64,000 bases of DNA from Planktothrix sp. GU0601_MAG3 (GTDB taxonomy: Bacteria; Cyanobacteriota; Cyanobacteriia; Cyanobacteriales; Microcoleaceae). A model generated the notes under the pieces. It was not told where the DNA came from. It was given only the letters and a program-made list of their open reading frames with translations, and ran no database searches. Below, one piece after another: positions 1 to 12,294 of the stretch. The first letter of the stretch is position 1, and every line of letters starts with the position of its first letter. Made by a program: the position numbers and the translations under genes. The DNA lies in contig CP136572.1 in assembly GCA_035193785.1 (NCBI GenBank), positions 4,500,578 to 4,564,577 on the forward strand, given 5' to 3'.

Positions 1-1787
1 ACGGCTTGTTTTTGTTGAGATTCTCGGGTTTGTGTCGCTACATAAGTTAATCCTAGGGGTGTGATTAACCAAGCTATTGTTGAGGGCTGTAGCTGGTAAA
101 ATTCAAAGTTATTAAACAATAGAATATAACTGATTCCCGATAATAATATTCCCAGGTATAAGGCATCTTTACGGATAATATTTGCCACGGGAATATTGGC
201 CGTAAATAATATAAATTCACCCACCATTAAGACTAATAAAATCATCGCCCAATCGTCTAAAGCTAAGTTAGGAAACTGCCAGTTAACCAGATTAGCAAAG
301 GTGACTAATCCTAAAAGATGGGTTGCCAAAACTCCCAGAGTTTTTAGGGGTTGACGACGACTGATAACCATTGCTAAAGTAATCGTTGAGACTAACAGAT
401 TTAGCGCTAGTAATGCCGGATTTGATAGGGATAAACAGGTTAAAAACGCCCCAAATACCAAACTCAGGAAATCTCCCAACTCGGCTACCTTTCGTTGCGG
501 ACGGCGATAAATCCAATCCGTTACAACCACCATAAAAATCAAATAGGGAAACCAGGTTAAACTCAGTAATGCCCAAGGAGAATCCTGAGAATTGGTGATT
601 TCTACCCCGACATTAATGGCAGTTTTCCTTAATTCTGGTGGGATTAAACGACCGACTAAAGCCACCATTGATAACCCAAAACCAAATATTGCCACCAAAT
701 CTCGCCGTCGCCAATATTTTAATAAATGGTGACTAAAAATCCCCACACCAATTCCACTGACTAAAAACCCCTGCCAAGGTTGGGTAAAAACCGTTACTAA
801 CCAACCCAATAATAAAATAAAATAGCTAGAACGATGTAAAATTAATGAAGAAGAAATATAGAGAAATCCGGCAAAAATTCCTAAAGCCAATCCTAGTTGA
901 CTAATCTCAACATTAACCACAAAAATTGCCCGACCGAAAAGCAAAGTTAAAAGATAAATAACAACAATTTTAAAATCAATTTTTGGGTTAGGAGGGGAGG
1001 ACGAAGTAGCGGGAGGATTGGCGATGGTTAAAAATCCCGTAATCACAATCCCCAAATAGACAGCAATGAGAGAAAATCCAGGGATTTGCCATCCCCAGTT
1101 TAAATAACTTAATCCTAAATGATTGAATAGAAAACGGCGTTGGAATTGTCCTTGGTTTCGATATAAAGTTACGGTTAAAGTAGTTAGGGCTAGGGCAGCA
1201 ATAGCAATAGTTAATAAACCCCAGGGATTTGACCACAACTTTAACCCATCCATTGCCCAAAAATTCAAAGGAATTAATAATAAAGTGACTAATTTTAAGG
1301 CTTCAGCAGTTACAGGTAAACGGGACTGTTGACTTCCCCATAAACTCGCCCCCCAAAAAGCCAAGGTATAGGCAAATAAAACCAAATATTGTCCAGTGGC
1401 GGGAAATTTTTCCCACTGACTGGCGGCTAAAACTCCAGAGGAAACAATGACTAAAAATAATCCTAAAAATAATAGCCAACGAACACTCAACTCGGACTTT
1501 AAGGATGCTACTAAATCGGTAGCAAAATTAGGAAATTGCCAAGCGGGTTGAGGGGATGGAGAAACAACGGGCTTGGGAGTTATTTTTTCTGCTAAAACCC
1601 GTTGATTATTTCTCGAAGTAACCGTCTTTTTAGGTAGGGGGTCACTCAAATAAAGTTCACCAATTTGACGAACTTGTGCATCGGATAATAAACCCAAATT
1701 CAGCCAAACTTCTAACCCCTCTAATAACCTGGGATTGGTGCTATCCGCCTGAATTAAAATGCGAATTAAAGGTTTTGAAACAGACAT
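1..1787 (-). CDS. large polytopic membrane protein (DUF2157-like), 3' end runs off the window
   Basis: Manual translation from ATG 1787: MSVSKPLIRILIQADSTNPRLLEGLEVWLNLGLL...SELSVRWLLFLGLFLVIVSSGVLAASQWEKF; same frame at spot checks down to the left edge. Confidence 0.75.
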   Translation of the reverse strand, partial: MSVSKPLIRILIQADSTNPRLLEGLEVWLNLGLLSDAQVRQIGELYLSDPLPKKTVTSRNNQRVLAEKITPKPVVSPSPQPAWQFPNFATDLVASLKSELSVRWLLFLGLFLVIVSSGVLAASQWEKFPATGQYLVLFAYTLAFWGASLWGSQQSRLPVTAEALKLVTLLLIPLNFWAMDGLKLWSNPWGLLTIAIAALALTTLTVTLYRNQGQFQRRFLFNHLGLSYLNWGWQIPGFSLIAVYLGIVITGFLTIANPPATSSSPPNPKIDFKIVVIYLLTLLFGRAIFVVNVEISQLGLALGIFAGFLYISSSLILHRSSYFILLLGWLVTVFTQPWQGFLVSGIGVGIFSHHLLKYWRRRDLVAIFGFGLSMVALVGRLIPPELRKTAINVGVEITNSQDSPWALLSLTWFPYLIFMVVVTDWIYRRPQRKVAELGDFLSLVFGAFLTCLSLSNPALLALNLLVSTITLAMVISRRQPLKTLGVLATHLLGLVTFANLVNWQFPNLALDDWAMILLVLMVGEFILFTANIPVANIIRKDALYLGILLSGISYILLFNNFEFYQLQPSTIAWLITPLGLTYVATQTRESQQKQA

Positions 1788-2030
1788 AAGCAAAACCGGG
1801 TGTAGGGTATGGGAAAGAATACTGGGTAGACTTTAATTTAATCTATTTTTATATTTTAAAATATCTATTATGATATACTAACTCATAGGTACTGATTTCG
1901 TCTGTTATGTAGCAAACCGACCCCCCACGTTCCCCAAAAGACAGAACAGAAACCGCAAAAAGTTGAAGAACTAAACGCAATATTGCAACGTTATCGAGAA
2001 CAATATGGGGATTTATCCCAATAATTAAAA

Positions 2031-2057
2031 TAGAGACGCGCCGTGGCACGTCTCTAC
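2031..2057. repeat. REP-like palindrome (TAGAGACG...CGTCTCTA)
   Basis: Imperfect hairpin; related copy at 21688-21713. Confidence 0.7.
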
Positions 2058-2245
2058 GGGTTTTTGTGGGTTTGACCGCAATCTTTGTTAGAATCCGTTA
2101 CGCGCCCAAACAACCATGGAAATCGAAAAAGTAAATAGCACTAACAGCGAAACCCAGCCTAATGACAAAATATCCATAGTGGTGTATTAAAAAAACGTTG
2201 CAGAATAACTCTACCGTAGATCATAACTTGAAATGGCGCGATCGC

Positions 2246-2670
2246 ATGAACCCTAACTCCTCCTCAAATTTTACGGCCACCGAACGGTTAGAATCCTTAA
2301 AGGGTGGTCTTATAGCCGGTTTTTTTGTCGGACTAAGCCATCTTGTCCTAAGTGGTGTCAACCTGTGGCTTTGGGACGCACCCGTTAATGTCCTATTTTC
2401 GACCCCCCTAGCCGGGTTTAGCGGGTTTTTGTTTGGAGTCACCTACCGCTATATTATTCGCCGGGACGATAATCCCCAGTTAAAATTAGGGGGGATTTTT
2501 GCCTTTGGACTGGTATACGCGCCCTCGCCGGACTGGAAATTCAACTCCATACCCCAACTTCCTTCGCACAAATAGCCCGGTTTGGGGGAGAAAGTTTATT
2601 ATTATTTGGAATAGCTGGATTGATTTTAGATATAGCCTTACAAAAAGGTTGGGTCAAACCTTTTAATTAA
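2246..2670 (+). CDS. small conserved membrane protein (frame break near 2515)
   Basis: ERLESLKGGLIAG...FLFGVTYRYIIRRDDNPQLKLG; continues in another frame as RALAGLE...ALQKGWVKPFN*. Confidence 0.65.
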
Positions 2671-2672
2671 TC

Positions 2673-3558
2673 TTAAACCAAAATTCCCTCTGCAACTTTG
2701 ATCACATTTCCTCCCACTTCCACTTGAATCAAATCTCCTATTTTTTCAGCTTTTAATAAAAGTAAAGAAGGACGATCAATTTCATATCCTTGTTCTACTC
2801 TAATATTAACTTGATCGGAGCCAAAGTAACAATAATGTGACAAATATCCCGCCAAACAACCATTAGCACTTCCGGTTGCCGGGTCTTCTACAATTCCTAA
2901 AGCGGGTGCAAACATTCTAGCACATAACTGATTTTCGGGATGATGGGTTTCAGGACAAAATATAAAAATTTCCTGGGCTGTTGTTATTTTAATAAACTCA
3001 GCATAACGTTCCAAATCAACCTTGGCTTTTCTTAATGCAGACTGAGTTTTTAACGGAACAATAATAAACGGAATCCCGGTCGAAACCTCTTGAATGGGAT
3101 AGTTAGTATCAAAATCACAGGGTTCTAAATTAAGAACAGGGGCTAATAGTTGATGATCATAACTATGAGTAAATTCAGGAGAATTTTGTTGCATCCAGAG
3201 AATTTTTTTTCCTGATTCTTCAGGTTTCCAAGTCACCGGAATTTGACCCACCGCCAAATTTAAAATTACCTGAAAAACATCAGTTTTAATCATTTCTTCG
3301 GCAATCATATAAGCAGTTTCCCAAGGTCGGATGACCCGCAAAAGGTAATTCCTTTTTGGGGGTAAAAATTCGCACGGGATAACCTCCATTTTTAGGTTCA
3401 TAATCACCAATAAATGTGGTTTCTGAATAATTCATTTCTTGGGCAATTTTGAGCATTTCTTGATCAGATAATAACTCAACTCCCTCACCCCAAATAACCG
3501 CCAATTGATTTCCGGTATATTGGGTTTCGGCAAAAACATCAACAATTGAGAATTTCAT
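2673..3558 (-). CDS. PhzF-family epimerase/isomerase (frame break at about 3318)
   Basis: VDVFAETQYTGNQLAV, EMNYSETTF, ELPFAGHPTLG, EDPATGSANG motifs across two ORFs. Confidence 0.9.
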
Positions 3559-3564
3559 AGGATA

Positions 3565-3646
3565 GGGATCGCGGATTTAAGAGGATTTCGCGGATTTCAC
3601 GGATTTTTATTTGTGTTAATCTGCGTCATCTTCTTAAATCCGTGAT
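3565..3646. repeat. about 85-bp hairpin element (GGATC..GGATTTCAC..GTGAT)
   Basis: Diverged copy of the elements at 12294-12378 and 12562-12646. Confidence 0.7.
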
Positions 3647-3679
3647 TAGTAATGGGTAATAGGTAATAGAAATAGTTTA

Positions 3680-3937
3680 CCTCCCCCGCTCCCCTACCTC
3701 CCCTACCTCCCCTACCTCCCCTACCTCCCCTGCTCCCCTACTCCCCCTGCTCCCCCTGCCTCCCCTGCCTCCCCTACCTCCCCCGCTCCCCTACTCCCCC
3801 TACCTCCCCTACCTCCCCTACCTCCCCTACCTCCCCTACCTCCCCTGCTCCCCCTGCCTCCCCTGCCTCCCCTGCTCCCCTACTCCCCTACTCCCCTACT
3901 CCCCTACTCCCCCTGCTCCCCCTGCTCCCCTGCTCCC
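3680..3937. repeat. short tandem repeat array of CTCCCC(C)TAC/CTCCCC(C)TGC
   Basis: About 260 bp of 8-10 nt units seen directly. Confidence 0.95.
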
Positions 3938-3945
3938 TCTTACCT

Positions 3946-5262
3946 TCACCTTTGATTCCAACTTTTCTCTGCATCTGCGATCGCTTGATCAACTGTTTTT
4001 TGATTCAACATTGCAGCTTGTAGATTATCATAAATGACTTTTTGCAACTGTTTAATATCTTTTTTGGGAGGAATTAAAACCTGGGCATTTTTGAGTTCTT
4101 CTGCACTAATTAAACGGGCTTGATCTGCTACAGTTGAATCTTTAGGTAGGGTGGTGAAATAACCATCTTTAAGAGCTTCTTGAATAGAAGGTAAAACATT
4201 AGCAGCCTTTGCAAACGCTAGTTGATTTGTACTATTAGTTACAAACAAAGCAAACTTCAAAGATTGTTCGGGAACATCCGTTGATTTGGGCATAACTAAA
4301 TTCATAACCGCCACCGTGGTTTTCCTCGTATCTCCCGTAATTTGAGGGGCGGGAATAGAAACCTTAGCCACCGTGGGTGCATTTTGACCAATAGCTTTTA
4401 AAAACTGTGGCCCCGATGTTAATAACGCTATTTCTCCCGCCTGATATAATTCAATTGCCCGGCGATGTCCCTGGGTTAAAACCTCCTTGGGAAGCAATTC
4501 TTTTTGATATAAATTAACCCAATATTCAAAAGCTGCTTTTCCCTCGGAAGTATTAAAAGCTGCCTGCCCATTTTTATCTAGTAATACCACTCCCATCTGT
4601 ACTAAAGATTGTAAAACCTGAGCGGAATCTTCCGGTACAAAAGAGACAAAAAACGCATATTTTCCCGTTTTTTCCTTGACTTGGGCGGCGACTTTTGCTA
4701 ATTCCTTATAGGTTTTAGGAGGTTGATTGACTCCCGCCTGTTGCAGCAATTGTTGATTATAAATTGTCAGTTGGGTCGTTAAATACCAAGGAATCCCAAA
4801 GGTAATATTTTCACATTTATTCTTAGGACAAATATCGATTTTATTAGCCTGCCAAATATTCGGTAAATATTGAGATTGCACCGTTTCAGGAACCCTATCA
4901 TTTAGATTTAACCAAGCATTCCGTCCCGCTAATAAAGAGGCAAAATCAGGATTTAAGTTAATCACATCGGCGGCTGTTTTTGCCGCCACCGCCGCCAGCA
5001 CCTTACTTTCCATAGCAGACCAAGGAATATCAACCCACTTCACCTTAATATCTGGATTTTCCGCTTCAAAATTAGCAATTAATTGATTAAAATAATCCGT
5101 AAATTGTGGCTGGAGTTGCATTGTCCAAAACTCAACTTCCTGCTTACTATTTTGAGAAGTGGGAGAAGGAGTAGAACAACTAACCCCCCAACTTAAACAT
5201 AACCCTAAAACCAATAATAAACCAAACCGTTTCCAAGATTTTAATTGTTGCATTTTATTCAT
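3946..5262 (-). CDS. ABC transporter sugar-binding lipoprotein
   Basis: Lipobox-like GVSC, FWTMQLQPQF, SBP family 1 features. Confidence 0.85.
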   Translation of the reverse strand: MNKMQQLKSWKRFGLLLVLGLCLSWGVSCSTPSPTSQNSKQEVEFWTMQLQPQFTDYFNQLIANFEAENPDIKVKWVDIPWSAMESKVLAAVAAKTAADVINLNPDFASLLAGRNAWLNLNDRVPETVQSQYLPNIWQANKIDICPKNKCENITFGIPWYLTTQLTIYNQQLLQQAGVNQPPKTYKELAKVAAQVKEKTGKYAFFVSFVPEDSAQVLQSLVQMGVVLLDKNGQAAFNTSEGKAAFEYWVNLYQKELLPKEVLTQGHRRAIELYQAGEIALLTSGPQFLKAIGQNAPTVAKVSIPAPQITGDTRKTTVAVMNLVMPKSTDVPEQSLKFALFVTNSTNQLAFAKAANVLPSIQEALKDGYFTTLPKDSTVADQARLISAEELKNAQVLIPPKKDIKQLQKVIYDNLQAAMLNQKTVDQAIADAEKSWNQR

Positions 5263-5452
5263 AAATTAACTAAACCGGATAAATTTTGTTAGACTATATC
5301 TTATATCTTCCTTCGTGTATTTGTGTATTTGTGTCTTTGTGGTGACTTATACAGTCAAAAAATCCCAGGTATTGATCAAAAAAACAGGGTAACATGGGAA
5401 AAATAATTGTACCTGTTTACCCGGATCGATCACTCAAACTAAAAATAAAAAT

Positions 5453-6545
5453 ATGGTTAGTCTATTAAAAGGACTGTTTTCCAAGCGGAAGCCAGGAATT
5501 GGCATCGAGTTATCCACGGAAACGAATTAATCTCGTCGAACTGCGGAAAAAAGGCAACCAATTAAAGTTAGTCACCTTAGCGACTACTCCAGTTCCCGAG
5601 GGAATTGTCCAAGATGGTCAAATTGTCGATACCCCGGCCATGGCTGAGTTAATTCAGTCCACTGTCACCGATAACAATATCAAAGCCAAGACCGTTGGCA
5701 CATCCATCCCCGGACGAGAGGCCGTAACTCGGATTATTCCGGTTCCGGCCGAACTCAATGACGACGAACTCAAAGACTACATGAACGCCGAGTCGGGATT
5801 GTACCTTCCCTTTCCCCGGGAAGAAGGAGACGTCGATTATCAAAAATTAGGGCGATTTGTAGATGAGGATGGCATCGAAAAAGTACAGGTTTTATTAGTC
5901 GCCACCCGCAAAGAAGTGACGGATACCTATGTAGAAACCTTTGCTCAAGCGGGTTTAAAAGTTACGGTATTAGAAGTCAGTAGTTTTTCTCTAATTCGTA
6001 CCCTCAAACACCAACTCGAGCAGTTTTCCTCCACCGAAGCCGCGATTATTGCCGATATTCAATTTGATAGTACGGAATTAGCGATTGTTGTCGATGGTAT
6101 TCCCCAATTTAACCGCACCATTCCCATTGGTCTATTCCAAGTGCAAAGTGCCTTAAATGGCGCGATGAATTTACCTCCAACGAGGGATGTCAGTGAATTA
6201 CAGGCTATGACCCTTCCCGTGACTGATACAATGGGAGCATTAAACGATCCGAATCCGGGAACCAATGCCATCATTAAGGTTTTCGCAGAATTAGCCGATG
6301 AACTGCGGCGTTCCGTTGATTTTTATATTAATCAAAGTGATGGCTTAGAAATGGCACAGTTACTATTAACTGGCCCAGGGGCCGCCATTGGACAACTCGA
6401 TGAGTTTTTCATGCAGCGGTTAGCCATGCCCGCCACCCAAGTTGACCCGATTGAATCCCTCGCCCTTGCCTTTGAGCGGGAAATTCCCCCAGAACAACGT
6501 GCTAGTTTAGGAGTGGCACTAGGTTTAGGAATGCGAATGACCTAA
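5453..6545 (+). CDS. pilM: type IV pilus assembly protein PilM (frame break at about 5521)
   Basis: MVSLLKGLFSKRKPGIGIELSTERINLVE after 1-nt correction; actin-like fold; first gene of the MNOQ cluster. Confidence 0.9.
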
Positions 6546-6589
6546 ATTCGGGATCACTCAGCCGTAAACCGTCAATACTTCAATTGATT

Positions 6590-7424
6590 ATGTATAACTT
6601 AGAGATCAACTTTTTGAATGATCGACCCGATTTATTAGAACGGGAAGTTCGACGACAGGTGAGTACCACCCAGAATGTTGACCAGACTCCTCTTTTAATT
6701 GGGGTCGGGGCAGCTTTAGCCCTGAATGCCATCATTGGGGGGGCTTGGTTTGTTTTTGATCGACAAAATGCCGATTTACAACGGGAAACTCGATACCCTG
6801 GTTGCCACCTTGGGAACAAAGACATCAGAAGTACAAGCCTTAGATCAAATTAATGCCCAAACTGCTAAAGCCAATCAGGAAGCGGACGCCTTAGCCACCG
6901 TGTTTAATCAGATTAAACCCTGGTCAGCCCTTACCCTAGAATTAGGACAACTGATGCAGGTCGCCGGGGTGAGAATTGTTGATGTTAAACAAACTGAACC
7001 CGTAATCGCCCCCGCAGCAGCAGCCCCCGCAGCAGCAGCCCCCGCCGACGCCCAAGCCGCGGCCCCACCTCCGCCACCGGAACCCGAAACCGCTAAATTA
7101 GAAATTTCAGGAGTGGCTAACTCATTCACCCAAATTAATGACTTTGTATTATTACTGAATCAATCTCCTTTCTTTAATGGGGAAAAAACCCGATTAATTT
7201 CGGCTAAATTAGAAGACAATTCCACCCAACTTGTGTCCAAACTAGCCAGTAAGGACGGGGAGAATCTTAAACCCCAGTTACAATCGGTGGTCAAATATAC
7301 GATTGAAACAAATCTCAGTCGAGCCACCGCTTCCGAGTTGTTACCCGAGCTCCAAAGTAAGGGTGCTTTAGGATTGGTGAATCGAATTAAAACCCTTCAG
7401 GAAAAAGGAGTCATCAAGCAATGA
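6590..7424 (+). CDS. pilN: type IV pilus assembly protein PilN (frame break at about 6787)
   Basis: MYNLEINFL N-terminal motif, one TM helix, QIKPWS, operon position. Confidence 0.88.
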
Positions 7425-8209
7425 CCGTAGCTAATGAATTTATTCAAGATGTGGAAGACGAGGGCGGTGGGCCAGTTATCTTTGGTATTGCCCTAACGCC
7501 AAAAATTATGGGAATTGGCGCCGGAGTTGTTGGCGTCCTCCTAGCGGGTTTCTTAATTTATAAATTAGTGCTTCCCACCTTAACCACAGGACAAACTCTG
7601 CGGGAAGATATTAAAACTAAACAAGACGAAATTGAGAAACAAGATCAACGTTTGCGCGAAAAAGATAAGGCTAAAAAAGAATTAGATGCGGCTAAAGTTC
7701 GTCGAGATACAGTTACGGCTTTATTTGCCGATGATGCCAGTTTAGAAACCCTGTTATTTGATATTAACGAACAGATTAATAAAATTAATGCTGGGGTCAT
7801 CGATGGTCGCAAACAAGCCCAACTCACCCAGTTTAAACCTATTCCCCTGGAAAAACCAGAGGATGAAATTGTTAATGATAGTACCTTGGGGTCAGAGGTA
7901 AATGGCAAACTCAGAAGACGTAGGTATGAAGTTGAATTTACAGGCAGTTTTGAGCAAACTCGCCAGTTTTTAGTTGCTTTAGAAAGACTACAACCTTTGT
8001 TAGTAGTCAGGGGCTTAAAATCCCAATTAGGGGATACAACTTCTGTAATTGAGGGAGAATATCGACAAGGAAAATTTATTCCTTCTCCTAATCAACCTCA
8101 ACGACAACTAAAAAGTAGTTTTGAATTACAGGTGTTACTCCCCTTGAGTCAAGAAGAAGTTAAAGCAGCAGCGGCGGCGGCGGCAGCGGCGGCTGAACCT
8201 CCTAAATAG
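7421..8209 (+). CDS. pilO: type IV pilus assembly protein PilO
   Basis: TM plus coiled coil, GSFEQTRQFLVALERLQPLL; ATGA overlap with pilN. Confidence 0.8.
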   Translation: MTVANEFIQDVEDEGGGPVIFGIALTPKIMGIGAGVVGVLLAGFLIYKLVLPTLTTGQTLREDIKTKQDEIEKQDQRLREKDKAKKELDAAKVRRDTVTALFADDASLETLLFDINEQINKINAGVIDGRKQAQLTQFKPIPLEKPEDEIVNDSTLGSEVNGKLRRRRYEVEFTGSFEQTRQFLVALERLQPLLVVRGLKSQLGDTTSVIEGEYRQGKFIPSPNQPQRQLKSSFELQVLLPLSQEEVKAAAAAAAAAAEPPK

Positions 8210-8331
8210 TTGGAACTTTTGGCCCAAGTTGTTGTAAGGTATCAGGATATTAGGGATTGAAGTGTTGAGGCGTTGAGGTGTTGGCTGTTAAACTAACACC
8301 CAAAATTTAGATATTGTGTTGAGGAGCAAAC

Positions 8332-10666
8332 GTGAAACATTTTCAAAGAATTGGTACAGGAATTTTAACTGGTGCTGCGATCGCCATTGTGGCACAAACC
8401 CCGGTATTTGCCCAAACTCAAGTCCAGGATATCCGACTGGTGGAAATGAACGGGGAAGTCGCTTTAGTCCTAGTCACCCGTAGCGGAGAACGACCGGAGG
8501 TTTTTGTCGTCAGACGGGGCAATGATTTTGTTGCGGATATTATCAATACCCAACTTCCTGCCCAAAAACAAAACTTTCAACAAAATAATCCCCTCCCTGG
8601 GATTGCTTCAGTGGTGGTAACCCAACTGGATTCTAGCAGTGTGCGGGTGATTGTCAGTGGGGTGAATGGTTCCCCCGATGCCCGGATTATGCAAGGGTCT
8701 AACGAGGGTATTGTGATTAGTATGGGTTCGGGTACTGTTGCCCAAGTACCTAATCAAGTTCCACCCCCAGCACCCCCAGCAGCACCAGCACCCCCAGCCA
8801 GAAGCCCTCAACCCGTATTAGTTCCCGATCCTCAAATTACCATTGATGGCCGCAATGCTCCCCAGAGTGGGATTCGCCCTTCCGATGCGGCTCCGCCTTT
8901 CCTTCCCCGGGCCGTCGCCCCACCCTTGGGAGATATAGCCGTTTCTAATATTAACGCCGGAATCCCTGCCATTCAGCTTAATACCACTCAACGGATTCCT
9001 CGTTTAGTCTTACGAGATGCCCCGGTCAGTGATGTCCTAGCCCTATTAGCGAGAACGGCCGGACTGAATTTAGCAATAAGTAATTTAATCAAAGATTCCG
9101 CGAGTGGTGACTTCAGAGCCCCCAATGATGAGAAGGAAGAAAACCAAATTCTAGGGCGAAAAATATCCTTAGATATTGAAAATGAGTCTGTGGAAGATGT
9201 TTTTAACTATGTTTTGCGTTTAAGTGGATTACAAGCTAATCGTGTAGGAAATACGATTTTTGTCGGGGTGAAACTGCCCACTGCTGCCAGTGATGTCGTA
9301 GTTCGCAGTCTCAGACTGAATCAAGTTCCCGCAAGCACCGCCGCTGGTTTTTTGAGTAGTCAAGGGGCAGGAAACTCAAATTCAGGTCGATCAAATTCGG
9401 ATCGAGGAAGTGGGAACCGGGGTAAATAGCCGATTTGTGGAAACCCGAACACCCGCAATTACATCCTTAGCAGCTAAAGAGTCCGATAGTCCCTTGGTAC
9501 TCCGAGGATTATCCATCTCCGTCGATGAGCGACTCAATTCTATTACTCTGGTTGGCCCGCCACACTTAGTACAAACCGCCGTGGCGATGTTAACCCAGCT
9601 TGATCTACGTCAACGTCAGGTGGCCGTTAATGTTAAAGTTGTTGACGTCAATTTGAGTGGAGAAGAAGCCGCCAGTAGTAGTTTCTCCTTTGGGGTTAAC
9701 GATACCTTCTTTGTCAATGATGGTGGAGCCGCATCGGTTAATTTTGGTGGGTATAATCCCCCGAGCCGGGACAATGCAACCGATGGGATTAATGCCCGAC
9801 CAATTATTCGGAATCGAACCAGTGACGGTATACTTTTGGACAGTCAGAGTCCTTTTTATAATCCTAATGCACTGTCTACAACTCCTTTAACAGCACCCGG
9901 AGGGGGCATTGGTTTAGACCCCATAGCCCCGGTTACCGAGCGTCCGGGTCAAATCGGAATTTCTAATTACACCCCCTTTACTAGAAATTTACAAACGGGC
10001 GCACTGACTGGTTTAGGTTCAACCACGAATAGCATTTTTCCCTTCTTCCAATATCCCCGCAAGTTCTTATCAACTTTAACCGCTCAAATTATTAGTGGTA
10101 ATGCTAAGATTCTCACCGATCCAACCCTAGTGGTTCAGGAGGGTGAAACAGCAAAAGTGGCCCTAGTTGAAGAAATTGTTAAATCAGTCACAACAACATT
10201 TGTAGACACGGTTTCCGGGACAAGGGACAGCAAAGACTTTACCTTTCAAGATGTGGGTTTAACCCTGGATGTTAACGTGGAACGGATTGATGATAATGGC
10301 TTCGTTTCCATGCGAGTTAACCCGACCGTGAGCGCCCCCGGAGATCAAGTCGATGCTGGCGGCGGTGATTTTGCCCGTCAGATTCTCAGTCGGACTGTCG
10401 AATCGGGTTTAATCCGTTTGCGTGATGGTCAAACCTTGATTTTATCAGGGATTATTCAGGAACAGGAACGAGCTACAGTTAGCAAAATTCCATTATTGGG
10501 GGATTTACCCATTGTGGGTTCATTGTTCCGCAGAACCAATAAGCAGAATTCACGGGCGGAAGTGATTGTGTTAGTCACGCCTCAAATATTGGATGACAGT
10601 GATCGCGCTCCCTACGGTTATCAATATAACGCCAGTCCCGATGCCCTACGGATGATGCAAAGATGA
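8332..10666 (+). CDS. pilQ: type IV pilus secretin PilQ (frame break at about 9373)
   Basis: Signal peptide, AMIN-like domain, C-terminal secretin motif DGQTLILSGII...KIPLLGDLPIVGSLFR. Confidence 0.9.
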
Positions 10667-10872
10667 TAAATCAGTAACACAGCCCTTTTTACCCCCCCTG
10701 CCCCCGGCCTATCCTAGCAGGGCTAGGAGGGGTAAAACCTGATTTCAACTCAAATTTCTAGCTTACTGCTCGGTTGAAGTTGACAATGATTAGTCACTTC
10801 GTTCTTATCAGTTAACAGCCAACAGCTATACTATTGATTGCTTCATGCCAATTCTAAGGAGTAAAAACTCAA

Positions 10873-11178
10873 ATGAACAAAGGTGAATTAGTGGACGCCG
10901 TAGCAGAACGGGCCAGTGTAACTAAAAAACAAGCTGATGCGGTGTTAACGGCAGCTTTAGAAACCATCATGGAAGCGGTTTCCAATGATGACAAAGTGAC
11001 ACTGGTTGGCTTTGGTTCCTTTGAGTCCCGCGAACGGAAAGCCCGTGAGGGTCGTAACCCGAAAACTGGGGAAAAAATGGAAATTCCAGCCACCAAAGTC
11101 CCGGCTTTTTCATCGGGCAAACTATTCAAGGAAAAAGTGGCCAGTACCAAAGCAGAGCCAGATAGTGATGAGGACTAA
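10873..11178 (+). CDS. hup: DNA-binding protein HU
   Basis: MNKGELVDAVA...VTLVGFGSFESRERKAREGRNPKTG. Confidence 0.97.
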   Translation: MNKGELVDAVAERASVTKKQADAVLTAALETIMEAVSNDDKVTLVGFGSFESRERKAREGRNPKTGEKMEIPATKVPAFSSGKLFKEKVASTKAEPDSDED

Positions 11179-11187
11179 TTTCTAGGC

Positions 11188-12294
11188 GTGGAAGCAACCC
11201 ATTCACCCCGTCATGGGGGAAATTTGATTTGGGCTGCGACCGTGGCCGACTGCTCTCCCTTGGATATTCTGGATTTTTCCGCCAGTATTAATCCTTGGGG
11301 GCCACCTTCGTCGGCTCTGGTGGCAATTCAAGACCATCTGAGGGATTTAAAAGCCTATCCCAATCCTGATTATGGACAGTTGAGACAAGCGATCGCCACT
11401 CAAATCAACCGCGAAACCTCTGGGTTGAGCGAAGCCGAAACCGGATCGAACTTCCTGGGGGCGGATTGGATTTTACCCGGCAATGGGGCAGCAGAGTTAC
11501 TGACCTGGGCAGGAAGGGAACTGGCAGCCTTGGATGCGACCTATGTAATAACCCCCGCCTTTGGGGACTATGGGCGCTCACTCAAGGCTTTTGAGGGAAA
11601 TGTGATTGAGTGTCCGCTTGCGATGGCTGCTGTGGAGTTGGATTTCTCTATGCCTCAACCCTTGAGTTCTAACTCGGGGTTATTATTAAATAATCCCCAT
11701 AACCCCACCGGAAAACTGTTTGCTTCTGAGATATTATTGGAATCCTTAAAACAGTTTGCTTTGGTGGTGGTGGATGAGGCATTTATGGATTTTTTACTTC
11801 CCAGCCAACAGCAAAGTTTAGTTTCTTGGGTTAAGGAATATGAAAATTTAGTGATTTTGCGATCGCTAACCAAATTCTATAGTTTACCCGGACTGCGTTT
11901 AGGATATGCGATCGCCAATCCCCAACGCTTAGAAAAATGGCAACGGTGGCGCGATCCTTGGCCTGTAAATAGTTTGGCGGTGGCGGCGGGAATTGCTGTT
12001 TTAAAAGATGATGAATTTCAACAACAAACCTGGAATTGGTTGGAAGCATCCCGACCCCAATTATATCATAATTTAGCCAATATCTCAGGATTAAAACCCT
12101 ATCCGGGTGCAGCTAATTTTATTTTGGTAAAATCCGATTATTCGGTTTCTAAATTGCAATTAAATCTGTTAAAAAAACATCGAATTCTAATTCGGGATTG
12201 TTTGAGTTTTCCCAGTTTAGGCGATAACTATTTCCGAGTTGCAGTTAGAACCGAAGCCGAAAATCAAAGGTTAATTAATGCGTTAAGGGAATAG
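11188..12294 (+). CDS. cobD: threonine-phosphate decarboxylase (cobalamin biosynthesis)
   Basis: HGGN, LDFSASINP, NPHNPTG, DEAFMDF, SLTKFYSLPGLRLGY (PLP lysine). Confidence 0.88.
   Translation: MEATHSPRHGGNLIWAATVADCSPLDILDFSASINPWGPPSSALVAIQDHLRDLKAYPNPDYGQLRQAIATQINRETSGLSEAETGSNFLGADWILPGNGAAELLTWAGRELAALDATYVITPAFGDYGRSLKAFEGNVIECPLAMAAVELDFSMPQPLSSNSGLLLNNPHNPTGKLFASEILLESLKQFALVVVDEAFMDFLLPSQQQSLVSWVKEYENLVILRSLTKFYSLPGLRLGYAIANPQRLEKWQRWRDPWPVNSLAVAAGIAVLKDDEFQQQTWNWLEASRPQLYHNLANISGLKPYPGAANFILVKSDYSVSKLQLNLLKKHRILIRDCLSFPSLGDNYFRVAVRTEAENQRLINALRE

Noticed and set aside
292..1332. Short ORFs 292-576, 988-1260 and 1123-1332
   Set aside because: They lie within the long minus-strand membrane-protein frame 1-1787; most other short antisense ORFs in the track are similar shadows.
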